64,000 nt of DNA. Source: an uncultured Actinomycetes bacterium. Its GTDB lineage: Bacteria > Actinomycetota > Thermoleophilia > Gaiellales > Gaiellaceae. This document shows positions 7,443 through 16,490 of this stretch, piece by piece; the stretch's first letter is position 1, and the number at the start of each line of letters is the position of its first letter. The stretch covers positions 9,241 through 73,240 of the forward strand of contig CAWGAZ010000005.1 of NCBI GenBank assembly GCA_963820725.1, read 5' to 3'. The position numbers were made by a program, and so were the translations under genes. The notes beneath the pieces were generated by a model. That model was given only the letters and a program-made list of their open reading frames with translations. It was not told the origin of the DNA and did not search any database.

Positions 7443-9155
7443 ATGAGGCGATTCACACCTCCGCGTCGCGTCAGCGCGGCGCTGGTGGGTCTCCTCCTCG
7501 TCGTCGGAGCAGCCGTCATGTTCAGTGGATCGGCTGCCGGAGGCTCGACGACGCCGGAGGCGAGGGGCGCGCTGGATTGCAACGGGTGGAGCAAGATCCA
7601 GCAGACCCTCAAGTCCACAGGAGCCTGTACGGACGTTCGCGGTTTCGCGGGCGTCAGCAACGCGAACAACGACGACGGGCGCTTCTACGACAACGGCCAC
7701 TACATCGGCCACGACGAGCCCGACCTGACGTTCCTGTCGAGCAAGGCGGGATCCGGCAACAACGTGACCTGGAACGAGACGTTGCCGCGGGATCCGGCGA
7801 GCCGTCCGACGGCCGACAGTCCCGGCAACGACGTGACGCACTTCTTCGATCTCTCGGTTGCGCCGTGGTTCTCGATGGCGCTGTGCAACCCGAGGTCGTA
7901 TCCGCTGAATCCGTGCACGCCGAACTCGGACAGCAATGCCCCGAAGGGTCAGTTCACCGGCGGCGGCAGCTCGTTCCTCGAGGTGCAGTTCTATCCGCCG
8001 GGCGAGGCGCCGTTCTTCGACAACGTCAGCTGCGACAACTCGCACTGGTGCGCCTCGCTGCACATCAACGACCTCGAGTGCACGTTCGGCTTCGACAGCT
8101 GCAACGCAGGCTGCGAGGAGCCGACGAACTTCGCGTTCATCCAGAAGAACGGCGTCCCGACGGGTCCGCCGAGTCCTCAGGAGGCAACGCTCGCGACCTA
8201 CACACCCAACAGCCACACGCTGCTGATGAACCCGGGCGACAAGCTCAAGGTGCATATCTGGGACGCACCCGCTCCGGGGGGTGGTCACGCGCTCGAAGTG
8301 CAAGTCGATGACGCGACGACGGGGCAGACGGGCTTGATGCAGGCCTCGGCTGCGAACGGCTATCAGGCGACGGGGATCGCGGACTGCTCGGGCAGGCCGT
8401 TCAACTACGAGCCCGCGTACAACACCGCCTCGAAGGGCAACTACGTGCCCTGGGCGGCGCTCCAGACCGACATCAGCACCCAGTTCGAGATCGGTCACGC
8501 CGAGCCGTGCAAGAACCTGTCGAATCCTGCCACCGACGGACTGCTCGACTTCACGGCCGGGGATCCGTTCTGGCTCACCTGCAATGGGCCGTACGAGTCG
8601 TCGACCTCGAGTGACAGCTCCTCGGGCAACCCGGAGGGCTTCGGCGGTGACGCGTTCTGCTATCCGCGAGGTGACACGCACCCGGCGCTCAACCAGTTCG
8701 GGATCCACTCCGACCCGAATACGCAGACGTTCTGCCTGGCCGAGCTCAACGGCGGCGACCTCGACTTCGACGGAACGCCCTACTGGCCGGATTGGCCGAC
8801 TCAGATCAATCCGACGCAGAAGAACCCGGGAAGCTTCGTCCAGTCGGCGCCGTTGTCGAGCGGCGGGAAATACGCGCAGTCGTTCTTCCAGACGGACGTC
8901 GCGCTCAGCGAGGAGCCGTGTGCGGAGAACTCCCCGGCCGGCTGCACGGTTCCGCCGGACGGGCCTGGCAAGTTCTATCCGTACTGGAGCACCCAGGGAG
9001 GCGGCGCGAACTGCAAGATCCTGTTCGGGAACGTTGCCAGTGGTAACGAGGTGAAGAACTACGGCAAGTCCGCGCAGTACGGAAAGGATCTCGTCGGTGA
9101 CATCGGATACGACGAGTTCGAAGGCAAGATAGGCCCGGCGGTCTGCGGAGCCTGA
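7443..9155 (+). CDS. large Cys-rich secreted protein, function unknown
   Basis: 570-aa ORF. GGGAGG Shine-Dalgarno before ATG 7443. Signal/TM segment VSAALVGLLLVVGAAVMFSGSAAG. About 20 Cys are spread through a low-Arg, Asn/Thr/Pro/Gly-rich mature region, unlike shadow ORFs. Confidence 0.75.
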   Translation: MRRFTPPRRVSAALVGLLLVVGAAVMFSGSAAGGSTTPEARGALDCNGWSKIQQTLKSTGACTDVRGFAGVSNANNDDGRFYDNGHYIGHDEPDLTFLSSKAGSGNNVTWNETLPRDPASRPTADSPGNDVTHFFDLSVAPWFSMALCNPRSYPLNPCTPNSDSNAPKGQFTGGGSSFLEVQFYPPGEAPFFDNVSCDNSHWCASLHINDLECTFGFDSCNAGCEEPTNFAFIQKNGVPTGPPSPQEATLATYTPNSHTLLMNPGDKLKVHIWDAPAPGGGHALEVQVDDATTGQTGLMQASAANGYQATGIADCSGRPFNYEPAYNTASKGNYVPWAALQTDISTQFEIGHAEPCKNLSNPATDGLLDFTAGDPFWLTCNGPYESSTSSDSSSGNPEGFGGDAFCYPRGDTHPALNQFGIHSDPNTQTFCLAELNGGDLDFDGTPYWPDWPTQINPTQKNPGSFVQSAPLSSGGKYAQSFFQTDVALSEEPCAENSPAGCTVPPDGPGKFYPYWSTQGGGANCKILFGNVASGNEVKNYGKSAQYGKDLVGDIGYDEFEGKIGPAVCGA

Positions 9156-9174
9156 ATCGACGGAAGACCAATAC

Positions 9175-9200
9175 GGAGGGCCTGCAGACGCAGGCCCTCC
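9175..9200. terminator. bidirectional hairpin between convergent genes
   Basis: Perfect 11-bp stem GGAGGGCCTGC (9175-9185) / GCAGGCCCTCC (9190-9200), loop AGAC. It lies 20 nt after stop 9155. Confidence 0.6.
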
Positions 9201-9307
9201 GTACTTCGCAATCCGGTAGGCAATGAGTCACATGTGAGGTTGCGATCGGCCCCTCGCGAGTAGGTCGCTCCGGGGGGCCGTCGCCCATTCAGGGCGCCGA
9301 CGTCCCG

Positions 9308-11950
9308 CTACCAACCCTTCGTGCGGTGCGCGTGTGGCCGCCCCGCCACGCGCACCCTGGCGTCGACCGCCAGACAGCGTTCGGGCAGTGCGAGCACGGG
9401 GTTCAGGTCGAGCTCGACCACCTCTGGCAGCTCGTCGACCAGCAGGGAGAGACGCAGGAGGAGGTCGACGAGCGCGCCCTCGTCGGAGGCCGGAGTTCCT
9501 CTGAAGCCGGCCACGAGGCGGCCGGCCTTGCCGGAGCGAACGAGCTCCTCCGCATCGCGGTCGGTGAGGGGCGCGAGCCGGAACTGCGCCTCTCCGATCA
9601 GCTCGGCGAGCACGCCGCCGGGACCGAAGGCGACGAGGGGGCCGAAGACGGGATCCTGGACGGCGCCGGCCAGCAGCTCGGCGCCGCCGCGCACGAAGGG
9701 CTGCACGAGCAACGGCCCGCCGATCTTCTCCGCTGCGGCGCGAACCGCGTCGTCGTCGCCGAGGTCGAGGATCACACCGCCCTCCTCGGTCTTGTGGGCT
9801 CCCGGCGCAGCCGTCTTGAGAACGACGGGATGACCGAGCTCGCGGGCCGCCTCGATGGCAGCGTCCGGAGTCTCGGCGAGGCGCTCGGGTACAAGCGGAA
9901 GCCGGTAGGCGTCGAGCAGGCTGCGCGTGCGATCCGGATCCAGCCAGCCGCCGCCGGCCGCGACTGCGTCTCGCACGACAGCCTTTGCTGCGTCGAGGTC
10001 GCACTCGAGCTCCGGTGCAGAACCGGCCGGTTGCCGGAGCCACTCGCCGCGCTCGGCCGCACGCCCCAACGCCCGCGCTGCAGCCTCCGGATAGTCGAAG
10101 GCCGGTACGTTCGCCGCACTGCGCAGGCTCGGCGGCCCCCCGTTCGCGCTGACGAAGACGCAGAGAACGGGCTTGTCGACGGCCGTCGACGCCGCGCGGC
10201 TGATCGCGGCCCCCACCTCGTCCTCGTTGGTCCCGACGGTCGGTACGAAGAGGACGATCGTGGCGTCGAAGGCGGGGTCGGCGAGAACGTGCGGCAATGC
10301 GGCGGCAAAGCTCGCGGCCGTCGCTCCGCCCAACAGGTCGATCGGGTTCGCGCTGCTCCCCTCGACCGGCATGACCTCGGCCAGCGCCGCGCGGGTCGCC
10401 TCGCTCGGCTGCGGCAGCTCGAGTCCGGCAGCCTCACACGCGTCTGCGGCGAGAATGCCGAGCCCGCCGGCGTTGGTCACGAGCGCGACGCGGCGCCCGC
10501 GCGGCACGGGCTGGGCGGTGAGGAGCGCGGCCACGTCGATCAGCTCGTCCAGCGTCCGCGCGCGAATCACGCCCGCCTGGTGGAAGAGCGCGTCGACGGC
10601 GACGTCCGATCCTGCGAGCGCAGCCGTGTGCGAGCCTGCGGCGCGACTGCCGGCGCGCGTGCTGCCGCCCTTCAAGGCGAGGATCGGCTTGCGTCGCGCC
10701 AGCCGTCGCGCGATGCGCGAGAAGGCTCGCGGGTTGCCGAACGACTCGAGGTAGAGGACGACCATCTCGGTCTCCTCGTCGTCCTCCCACCACTCGAGCA
10801 GGTCGTTCGAGGAGACGTCCGCCTTGTTGCCGACCGACACGAACGAGGTGACTCCGAGACCGGTCGCCTCGGCCCGCTCGAGCAGCGCGAGCCCGAGCGC
10901 GCCGCTCTGGGAGGAGAAGCCGATCTTGCCGGGCGGGAAGCTGCGCGGCGCGAAGGTCGCGTTGAGGTGAACCGACGACGAGGCGATGCCGAGGCAGTTG
11001 GGCCCGAGCAGGCGGGCTCCGTGCTCGCGGACGAGCGCGAGCAGCCGCTCCTGCCGCTCGGCGCCCTCGCTGCCCGTCTCCGCAAAGCCGGCGGAGATGA
11101 CGACGAGGGCGCGAACGCCGGCGGCGAGCGCATCCTCTGCGGCCGGGAGCACCTGCTCGCCGGGCACGCAGATCACCGCCAGGTCCACCGTTTCCGCGAT
11201 CTCCGCGACGCCGCTATAGCCGTGGACGCCGGCGACGGAGTCGGCCTTTCGGTTCACCGGGTAGACCGAGCCCGCGAAGTCGCCGGCGAGGATGTTGCGG
11301 AAGAGCTCTCCGCCGATCGAGCCGCGCCGCTTCGACGCTCCGACGACCGCGACCGAACCCGGACGGAAGAACGGCTCGAGCGAGGCGCGCACGGCGACGT
11401 GGTCGCGGGCGGCGACCTGTTCGCGGTAGCCGCTCGTCGCCGCGATCGGGAACCGGATCTCGAGCTCGCCACCCTCGCCGGCGCGTGTCACCGTGAACCC
11501 GGCGTCGCGAAACACCCTGAGCATCGCGTTGTTCTCGTGCAGCACCTCGGCGACGAACTCCTCGATCCCGGCCGCCGCAGCCCTGGCCGCGAGCTGCTCG
11601 AGCAGGCGCGTCCCGACCCCGCGCCCCTGATACCCGTCGGCCACGGCGAAGGCAACCTCGGCGGCGCGCGGATCGCGCAGCCGGACCCAGTTCGCAACGG
11701 CCACCGTGCGGCCGTCGAGCGACGCGAGCAACGCGCCGCGCTCCTGCCAATCGGGGGCGAGCACCGGCTCGACGAGCTTCGGGCCAAGGGCGGGGAAGCC
11801 GTGGAAGCGGAGGTAGCGGCTGTGCTCCGAAAGGTCGGAGAAGAACTCGATCAGCGCCTCGGCATCCTCCACGGCGGGCGCCCTCAGCCGGAGCGTCGAC
11901 CCGTCGCGGAGGATGACGTCGGTCGCGTCGACCTCGGTGGCGGCGGTCAC
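9308..11950 (-). CDS. protein acetyltransferase-like fusion: N-terminal GNAT + NDP-forming acyl-CoA synthetase (CoA-binding, ligase-CoA, ATP-grasp)
   Basis: GNAT block ...VAFAVADGYQGRGVGTRLLEQL..., then SVAVVGASKRRGSIGGELFRNI (CoA-binding), ...LLGPNCLGI..., and a C-terminal ATP-grasp. GTG 11950 overlaps the USP stop (GTGA). The first 78 codons of ORF-track 9308..12184 overlap the USP gene and are rejected. Confidence 0.85.
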   Translation of the reverse strand: MTAATEVDATDVILRDGSTLRLRAPAVEDAEALIEFFSDLSEHSRYLRFHGFPALGPKLVEPVLAPDWQERGALLASLDGRTVAVANWVRLRDPRAAEVAFAVADGYQGRGVGTRLLEQLAARAAAAGIEEFVAEVLHENNAMLRVFRDAGFTVTRAGEGGELEIRFPIAATSGYREQVAARDHVAVRASLEPFFRPGSVAVVGASKRRGSIGGELFRNILAGDFAGSVYPVNRKADSVAGVHGYSGVAEIAETVDLAVICVPGEQVLPAAEDALAAGVRALVVISAGFAETGSEGAERQERLLALVREHGARLLGPNCLGIASSSVHLNATFAPRSFPPGKIGFSSQSGALGLALLERAEATGLGVTSFVSVGNKADVSSNDLLEWWEDDEETEMVVLYLESFGNPRAFSRIARRLARRKPILALKGGSTRAGSRAAGSHTAALAGSDVAVDALFHQAGVIRARTLDELIDVAALLTAQPVPRGRRVALVTNAGGLGILAADACEAAGLELPQPSEATRAALAEVMPVEGSSANPIDLLGGATAASFAAALPHVLADPAFDATIVLFVPTVGTNEDEVGAAISRAASTAVDKPVLCVFVSANGGPPSLRSAANVPAFDYPEAAARALGRAAERGEWLRQPAGSAPELECDLDAAKAVVRDAVAAGGGWLDPDRTRSLLDAYRLPLVPERLAETPDAAIEAARELGHPVVLKTAAPGAHKTEEGGVILDLGDDDAVRAAAEKIGGPLLVQPFVRGGAELLAGAVQDPVFGPLVAFGPGGVLAELIGEAQFRLAPLTDRDAEELVRSGKAGRLVAGFRGTPASDEGALVDLLLRLSLLVDELPEVVELDLNPVLALPERCLAVDARVRVAGRPHAHRTKGW

Positions 11951-12444
11951 GCGACCGCCACGACCTCGTGCGACTGCTGCCCGCGCGTCGGCAGCCCGCG
12001 GCCGCGGACGACGAGGACCGGGCACGGCGCCGTGTGAACGAGCCGGGTCGAGACACTCCCGGAGAGGAAGCGATGGGTGGCGCCCCAGCCGTGCGAGCCC
12101 ACGACGATCAGCTGCGCATCGCGCTCGCCTGCGATCCGGCAGATCTCCTCGACTGTGAACCCCTCGGCGAGAACGGTCGAGCACGGCACGTCGGCTGCGC
12201 GCGCGGCTGCGTCGACGCTCGCCAGGAGCTTCTGCACGCGACCGCGCTCGACCTTGGTGAGCTCTGCGACGACGTTCGAGTAGCCATAGCCGGCGTAGCC
12301 GACCGCAGGCACCGCCACATGCGCGACGGAGACGACGAGCAGCGGCGCGTCGAGCCTCAGTGCCAGTTCGAACGCCTCGTTCTGCGCCTCCAGCGCCGAG
12401 GGCGAGCCGTCCGTTGCGAACAGGATCGGTCTCCGATCGCTCAT
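11947..12444 (-). CDS. universal stress protein (UspA family)
   Basis: MSDRRPILFATDGSPSALEA...LIVVGSHGWGATHRFLSGSVSTRLVHTAPCPVLVV carries the USP ATP-binding motif G-x2-G-x9-G-S. AAGGAGG Shine-Dalgarno before ATG 12444. Confidence 0.85.
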   Translation of the reverse strand: MSDRRPILFATDGSPSALEAQNEAFELALRLDAPLLVVSVAHVAVPAVGYAGYGYSNVVAELTKVERGRVQKLLASVDAAARAADVPCSTVLAEGFTVEEICRIAGERDAQLIVVGSHGWGATHRFLSGSVSTRLVHTAPCPVLVVRGRGLPTRGQQSHEVVAVA

Positions 12445-12529
12445 CTCAGCCTCCTTGTCCGAATTCATGCACACAGTGTCCGGCCGCGCCTGGGTGGTCG
12501 CATCCGGGCGAGACACTTGCGCGCTGCGG

Positions 12530-12583
12530 AAAAACCGCATGGAGAGGGCGGCGCCCGAACGTGCGACGCCGCCTCTCCCGCGG
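12530..12583 (-). terminator. intrinsic terminator downstream of the ADH gene
   Basis: On the minus strand: CCGC-GGGAGAGGCGGCG ... CGCCGCCCTCTCC-AT-GCGG followed by TTTTT (plus-strand A-run 12530-12534). 12-bp core stem with one bulge plus a 4-bp extension. Confidence 0.6.
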
Positions 12584-12589
12584 AAGGAG

Positions 12590-13681
12590 CTACGCGGTGA
12601 CCGGCACCTCGTGCTCCTCGAGCAGCTCATGGCCGACCTTCGTGGCCTCGAGCACGACCTTGAGCGCGTGGCTCTCGGCCGCTGCTCCGAACACGTCGTA
12701 CGCCTCCTCGGCTTCCGCAAGCGCGAAGCGGTGAGTGGCGAACGGCGTCGGGTCGAGACGTCCCGTCTCGATCAGCTTGAGGAGTTTCGGCGTCGTGGTC
12801 GTGTCGACGAGACCCGTCGTGATCATGACGTCGCGGATCCACAGCTTCTCAAGGTGGAGCGTGGCGGGATGGCCGTGGACGCCGACGTTGGCGACGCGGC
12901 CGCCCGGCCGGATCAGATCGGTGCAGAGCTCGAACGTCTCGGGCACGCCGACCGCCTCGATCGCGACATCGGCGCCGAGGCCGCCGGTGAGCTCCATGAC
13001 CTTCGCCACCGCGTCCTCCTGGCCGTTGTCGATCGCCACGTCCGCGCCGAACTCGATCGCTTTCTCGAGCCGTGACGCGTCGAGGTCGATCGCGACGATG
13101 CGGCCCGGCGAGTGGAGCTTCGCGGTCATGATCGTCGCGAGCCCGATCGGGCCGGCGCCGACGACCGCGACCGTGTCGCCCGGCTCGACGCCCCCGTTGA
13201 GGACGCCGACCTCGTAGGCCGTCGGGAGGATGTCCGCGAGGAACAGGACCTGCTCGTCCGACAGCTCGGGCGGCACCTCGTACACCGACGTGTCGGCGAA
13301 CGGCACGCGGGCGAGCTCCGCCTGCAGGCCGTCGATCAGGTGGCCGAAGATCCAGCCTCCACCGCCGGTGCACAGCCCGTAGCGGCCTTCCTTGCAGAAC
13401 CGGCAGCGACCGCACGACGTGATGCAGGAGACGAGCACGCGGTCTCCCGGCTCGAGCGTCGTCACGGCATCTCCGATCTCGACGACCGTGCCCACGGCCT
13501 CGTGGCCGAGAATCGTCCCCGGCGTCACCTCCGGCACGTCTCCCTTGAGGATGTGGAGATCCGTGCCGCAGATCGTCGAGGAGCTGATCCTCACGATGGC
13601 GTCCGTGGGCGCCTGGATTACCGGGTCGGGCACGTCCTCCCAGGCTCGTTGCCCCGGGCCGTGATACACAAGCGCTTTCAT
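12590..13681 (-). CDS. zinc-dependent alcohol dehydrogenase (MDR family)
   Basis: MKALVYHGPG...ICGTDLHILKGD...GHEAVG...CGRCRFCKEG (structural Zn Cys cluster)...VAVVGAGPIGL (Rossmann). AGGAGG lies 6 nt before ATG 13681. Confidence 0.9.
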   Translation of the reverse strand: MKALVYHGPGQRAWEDVPDPVIQAPTDAIVRISSSTICGTDLHILKGDVPEVTPGTILGHEAVGTVVEIGDAVTTLEPGDRVLVSCITSCGRCRFCKEGRYGLCTGGGGWIFGHLIDGLQAELARVPFADTSVYEVPPELSDEQVLFLADILPTAYEVGVLNGGVEPGDTVAVVGAGPIGLATIMTAKLHSPGRIVAIDLDASRLEKAIEFGADVAIDNGQEDAVAKVMELTGGLGADVAIEAVGVPETFELCTDLIRPGGRVANVGVHGHPATLHLEKLWIRDVMITTGLVDTTTTPKLLKLIETGRLDPTPFATHRFALAEAEEAYDVFGAAAESHALKVVLEATKVGHELLEEHEVPVTA

Positions 13682-13783
13682 GTCGCGCCTCCTTTCTCAC
13701 CGAGTCTCGTCCGGCGCCAGGTCGGCGGCATCGGCGGCGTCGCGGAGCGCACATGCGGCTTATTCGGTATCGCCGGCCGAGGT

Positions 13784-13789
13784 TAGGCT
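13784..13789 (+). promoter_or_regulatory. -10-like box TAGGCT 6 nt upstream of the kinase ATG (leaderless geometry)
   Basis: gaggtTAGGCTcccctcATG. It matches the TANNNT actinobacterial -10 consensus. There is no Shine-Dalgarno. Confidence 0.35.
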
Positions 13790-13795
13790 CCCCTC

Positions 13796-15442
13796 ATGGA
13801 CGCGCTTTCGGTCAGCGAGGGACGTCTGCGCGCATTGTTCGCGGCCGGGCTCGCGGTCACCTCGGAGCTCTCGCTCGATGCGCTGCTGCACCGTCTCGTC
13901 GAGGCGGCGGCCGAACTGACGGGCGCGCGGTACGCCGCGCTCGGAGTGATCGACGCGAGCGGCACGGAGCTCGAGCAGTTCGTCACCCACGGTATCGACG
14001 CCGACCTGCGCGCAGAGATCGGGGCGCTGCCGCGCGGGCGCGGCGTCCTCGGCGTCTTGATCCGCGAGGCCACGCCGCTGCGCCTGCACGATCTCGCCGA
14101 GGATCCGCGGTCGGTCGGATTCCCGCCGGGTCATCCACCGATGCGGAGCTTCCTCGGAGTCCCGATCTCGCTACGAGGCGTTGCCTACGGCAATCTCTAC
14201 CTCACCGAGAAGGGGGGTGGCGAGGACTTCACCGACGAGGACGAGGAGCTCGTCACGCTCCTCGCCGGCCAAGCCGCGGTGGCGATCGAGAACGCCCGCC
14301 TCTACGAGGCCTCGAACCGCTGGTCACGTCAGCTGCAGTCGTTGCAGGAGGTCGGCAACGCGCTCGCCACCGAGACCGACCTCGATCGCCTGCTCGATCT
14401 CATCGTGCGGCGGCTGCGCGAGCTCCTCGGAGCACGAATCGTCGCGCTCGGGCTGCCGAGCGGGAGCGACGAGCTGCGCTTCGCCGCCGTCGCCGGCGCC
14501 GGCGCCGAAGAACTGCTCGGCACGACCATCTCCCGTTCCGAGTCGAAGAGCGGCGCGGTTCTCGAGCGCCGGCGAAGCGAGCGCATCGACTCGGTGATCG
14601 ACGATCCGGAGGTGCACCAGGAGACCTCGAGGCGGCTTGCAGCCCGCACCGGCATGTGGGTACCGCTGATCGCGCGCGACCAGGCGATCGGCGTGCTCGA
14701 GATCCACGACAAGGAAGGTCCCGACGCGCGCTTCTCCCACGACGACTTTCGTCTGGCCGAGACCTTCGCGGCCCGCGCCGCCGTCGCGGTCGAGTTGTCG
14801 CAGCGCGTGGCGCGAGATGCTGTGCGCCGTGTCGTACAGGGCCAGGAGCTCGAGCGTCAACGGCTCGCACGCGAGCTCCACGACGAGACCGGTCAGGCAC
14901 TGACCTCGATCCTGCTCGGGCTGAAGCCACTCGAGGACGCGCTAGCCGACCACCCCGCGCGCGCCGCCCTGGCCGAGCTCCGCGAGCAGGTCGTGAGCGC
15001 GCTCCAGGACGTACGCCGCCTCGCCGTCGAGCTCCGTCCCGCGGTGCTCGACGACTTCGGCCTCGTACCGGCGCTCGAGCGGTTGGTCGACTCGTTCGCC
15101 GAGCATTCGGACGTCCGGATCGACTTCCACTCCGCGCTCGGCGAGACGCGGTTGCCGAGCGAGGTGGAGACTGCGCTCTACCGGGTCGTGCAGGAGTCGC
15201 TTACGAACATCGTCAAGCACGCCAACGCTGAGAACGTCAGCGTGTCGATCACTCGACGCGGGTCGGACGTGGCCGCCGTGATCGAAGACGACGGAGCCGG
15301 GTTCGACCCGAGAACCGTGCGCGCCGAGGGGATCGGTCTGCTCGGCATGCGCGAACGGCTCGCCCTCGTCGACGGACAGCTGGAGGTCGAGACGCGTCCT
15401 GGCGCCGGCACGACGGTCGTGGCGAAGGTGCCGCTCCAGTGA
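13796..15442 (+). CDS. GAF-GAF sensor histidine kinase (DevS/DosS-like, HisKA_3 + HATPase)
   Basis: GFPPGHPPMRSFLGVPISLRGVAYGNLYLTEK...AIENARLYE (first GAF), a second GAF, then ERQRLARELHDETGQALTSILL (H-box, NarX/DevS type) and a C-terminal ATPase ...DDGAGF...GIGLLGMRER. Confidence 0.9.
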   Translation: MDALSVSEGRLRALFAAGLAVTSELSLDALLHRLVEAAAELTGARYAALGVIDASGTELEQFVTHGIDADLRAEIGALPRGRGVLGVLIREATPLRLHDLAEDPRSVGFPPGHPPMRSFLGVPISLRGVAYGNLYLTEKGGGEDFTDEDEELVTLLAGQAAVAIENARLYEASNRWSRQLQSLQEVGNALATETDLDRLLDLIVRRLRELLGARIVALGLPSGSDELRFAAVAGAGAEELLGTTISRSESKSGAVLERRRSERIDSVIDDPEVHQETSRRLAARTGMWVPLIARDQAIGVLEIHDKEGPDARFSHDDFRLAETFAARAAVAVELSQRVARDAVRRVVQGQELERQRLARELHDETGQALTSILLGLKPLEDALADHPARAALAELREQVVSALQDVRRLAVELRPAVLDDFGLVPALERLVDSFAEHSDVRIDFHSALGETRLPSEVETALYRVVQESLTNIVKHANAENVSVSITRRGSDVAAVIEDDGAGFDPRTVRAEGIGLLGMRERLALVDGQLEVETRPGAGTTVVAKVPLQ

Positions 15443-16080
15443 GCATCCGCGTCCTGATCGTCGACGATCATGCCGTCGTCCGCAGCGGCCTGGGGCTACT
15501 CCTCGCTGCGGAGGACGACATCGAGCCGGTGGGCGAGGCCGGCAACGCGCGAGATGCCGTGTTCCAGGCACGGGCGCTCAAGCCCGACGTGATCCTGCTG
15601 GACATCGTCATGCCCGAGCAGACGGGCCTCGACGTGCTGCCGCAACTGAAGCACGAGAGCCCGGACGTGAAGGTGCTCATCCTCTCGATGCAGGACGAGC
15701 CGCGCTACGTCCGCGAGGCGTTCGCGGCGGGTGCGAGCGGCTACGTCCTCAAGGAGGCCGCCGACATCGAGGTCGTCGCGGCCGTGCGCGAGGTGGCAGG
15801 CGGCGGCCGCTACGTGAACCCCGAGCTCGGCGCGCGGCTCGTCTCCGCCGACGCCGAGGCGGCGAAGCTGGCCGAGGCGGATCCCCTCTCGGATCGGGAA
15901 CGCGAGGTGCTGCGCCTGCTTGCGCTCGGGCACACGAACCAGGAGATTGCGAAGCAGCTCTACATCTCGGTGCGCACGGCCGAGACGCATCGAGCGCACA
16001 TCATGCAGAAGCTGCGGCTGCAGACCCGGGCCGACCTCGTCGCCTACGCGCTCGATCGGGGGCTCCTCGAGGCCGAGTGA
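15439..16080 (+). CDS. NarL/LuxR-family response regulator (DevR/DosR-like)
   Basis: IRVLIVDDHAVVRSGL...DVILLDIVMP (receiver domain) and LSDREREVLRLLALGHTNQEIAKQLYISVRTAETHRAHIMQKL (LuxR HTH). Its start overlaps the kinase stop (GTGA). Confidence 0.9.
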   Translation: MSIRVLIVDDHAVVRSGLGLLLAAEDDIEPVGEAGNARDAVFQARALKPDVILLDIVMPEQTGLDVLPQLKHESPDVKVLILSMQDEPRYVREAFAAGASGYVLKEAADIEVVAAVREVAGGGRYVNPELGARLVSADAEAAKLAEADPLSDREREVLRLLALGHTNQEIAKQLYISVRTAETHRAHIMQKLRLQTRADLVAYALDRGLLEAE

Positions 16081-16092
16081 CCGGCCGCGGGC

Positions 16093-16362
16093 TTACTCGT
16101 CCGCCCCGTTGAGCAGGTGGTGGAAGGCGGCGCGGATGGCACGGTCCTCCTCGACCGTGCTCGCAGCCTCGAGCCGCCGGCGGATGTCGAGCAGCCACGA
16201 CGCCAGGGCGGCATCGGCCCGTACGCCCAACCGCTCGAACGCACAGCGCCCGTCGAGTGCGGCACCGCCGGGCTCCCAGAACGGGCACGCATCCTCGGGG
16301 CAGGCTTCGGACTTGCCGACCGCTGCTGCGAGCGAGCAGAGCTGCGTCTCTCGAGTCTCCAT
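16093..16362 (-). CDS. hypothetical small protein with four Cys (C-x11-C-x4-C-x13-C)
   Basis: METRETQLCSLAAAVGKSEACPEDACPFWEPGGAALDGRCAFERLGVRADAALASWLLDIRRRLEAASTVEEDRAIRAAFHHLLNGADE. This is the 3' part of ORF-track 16093..16956, after the terminator at 16439-16466. Alternative start GTG 16383. Confidence 0.4.
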   Translation of the reverse strand: METRETQLCSLAAAVGKSEACPEDACPFWEPGGAALDGRCAFERLGVRADAALASWLLDIRRRLEAASTVEEDRAIRAAFHHLLNGADE

Positions 16363-16438
16363 ACGGCCATGGTCGCCGTCCACGCGGCGGGAGGCGTCGT
16401 ACGGGGCGCGGATTCTCTGTGCGGCTTTTCCGAAAGGC

Positions 16439-16466
16439 GTGAGGGCCGCCTCGCGGCGGCCCTCAC
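16439..16466 (-). terminator. hairpin downstream of the membrane-protein gene
   Basis: Perfect 12-bp stem GTGAGGGCCGCC (16439-16450) / GGCGGCCCTCAC (16455-16466), loop TCGC. On the minus strand it is followed by GCCTTTCGG. Confidence 0.55.
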
Positions 16467-16490
16467 TGTCCTGCGGTGGAGTCGGGGCTC

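Noticed and set aside
9326-12037. 903-aa plus-strand ORF
   Set aside because: It is antisense to the GNAT/acyl-CoA-synthetase gene, which has clear domain motifs. Its composition is that of a shadow ORF.
12445-13795. DosR-type operator boxes (TTSGGGACTWWAGTCCCSAA-like) in the USP, ADH and kinase upstream regions
   Set aside because: No GGGAC..GTCCC palindrome was found by eye. The regulator's motif in this lineage may differ.
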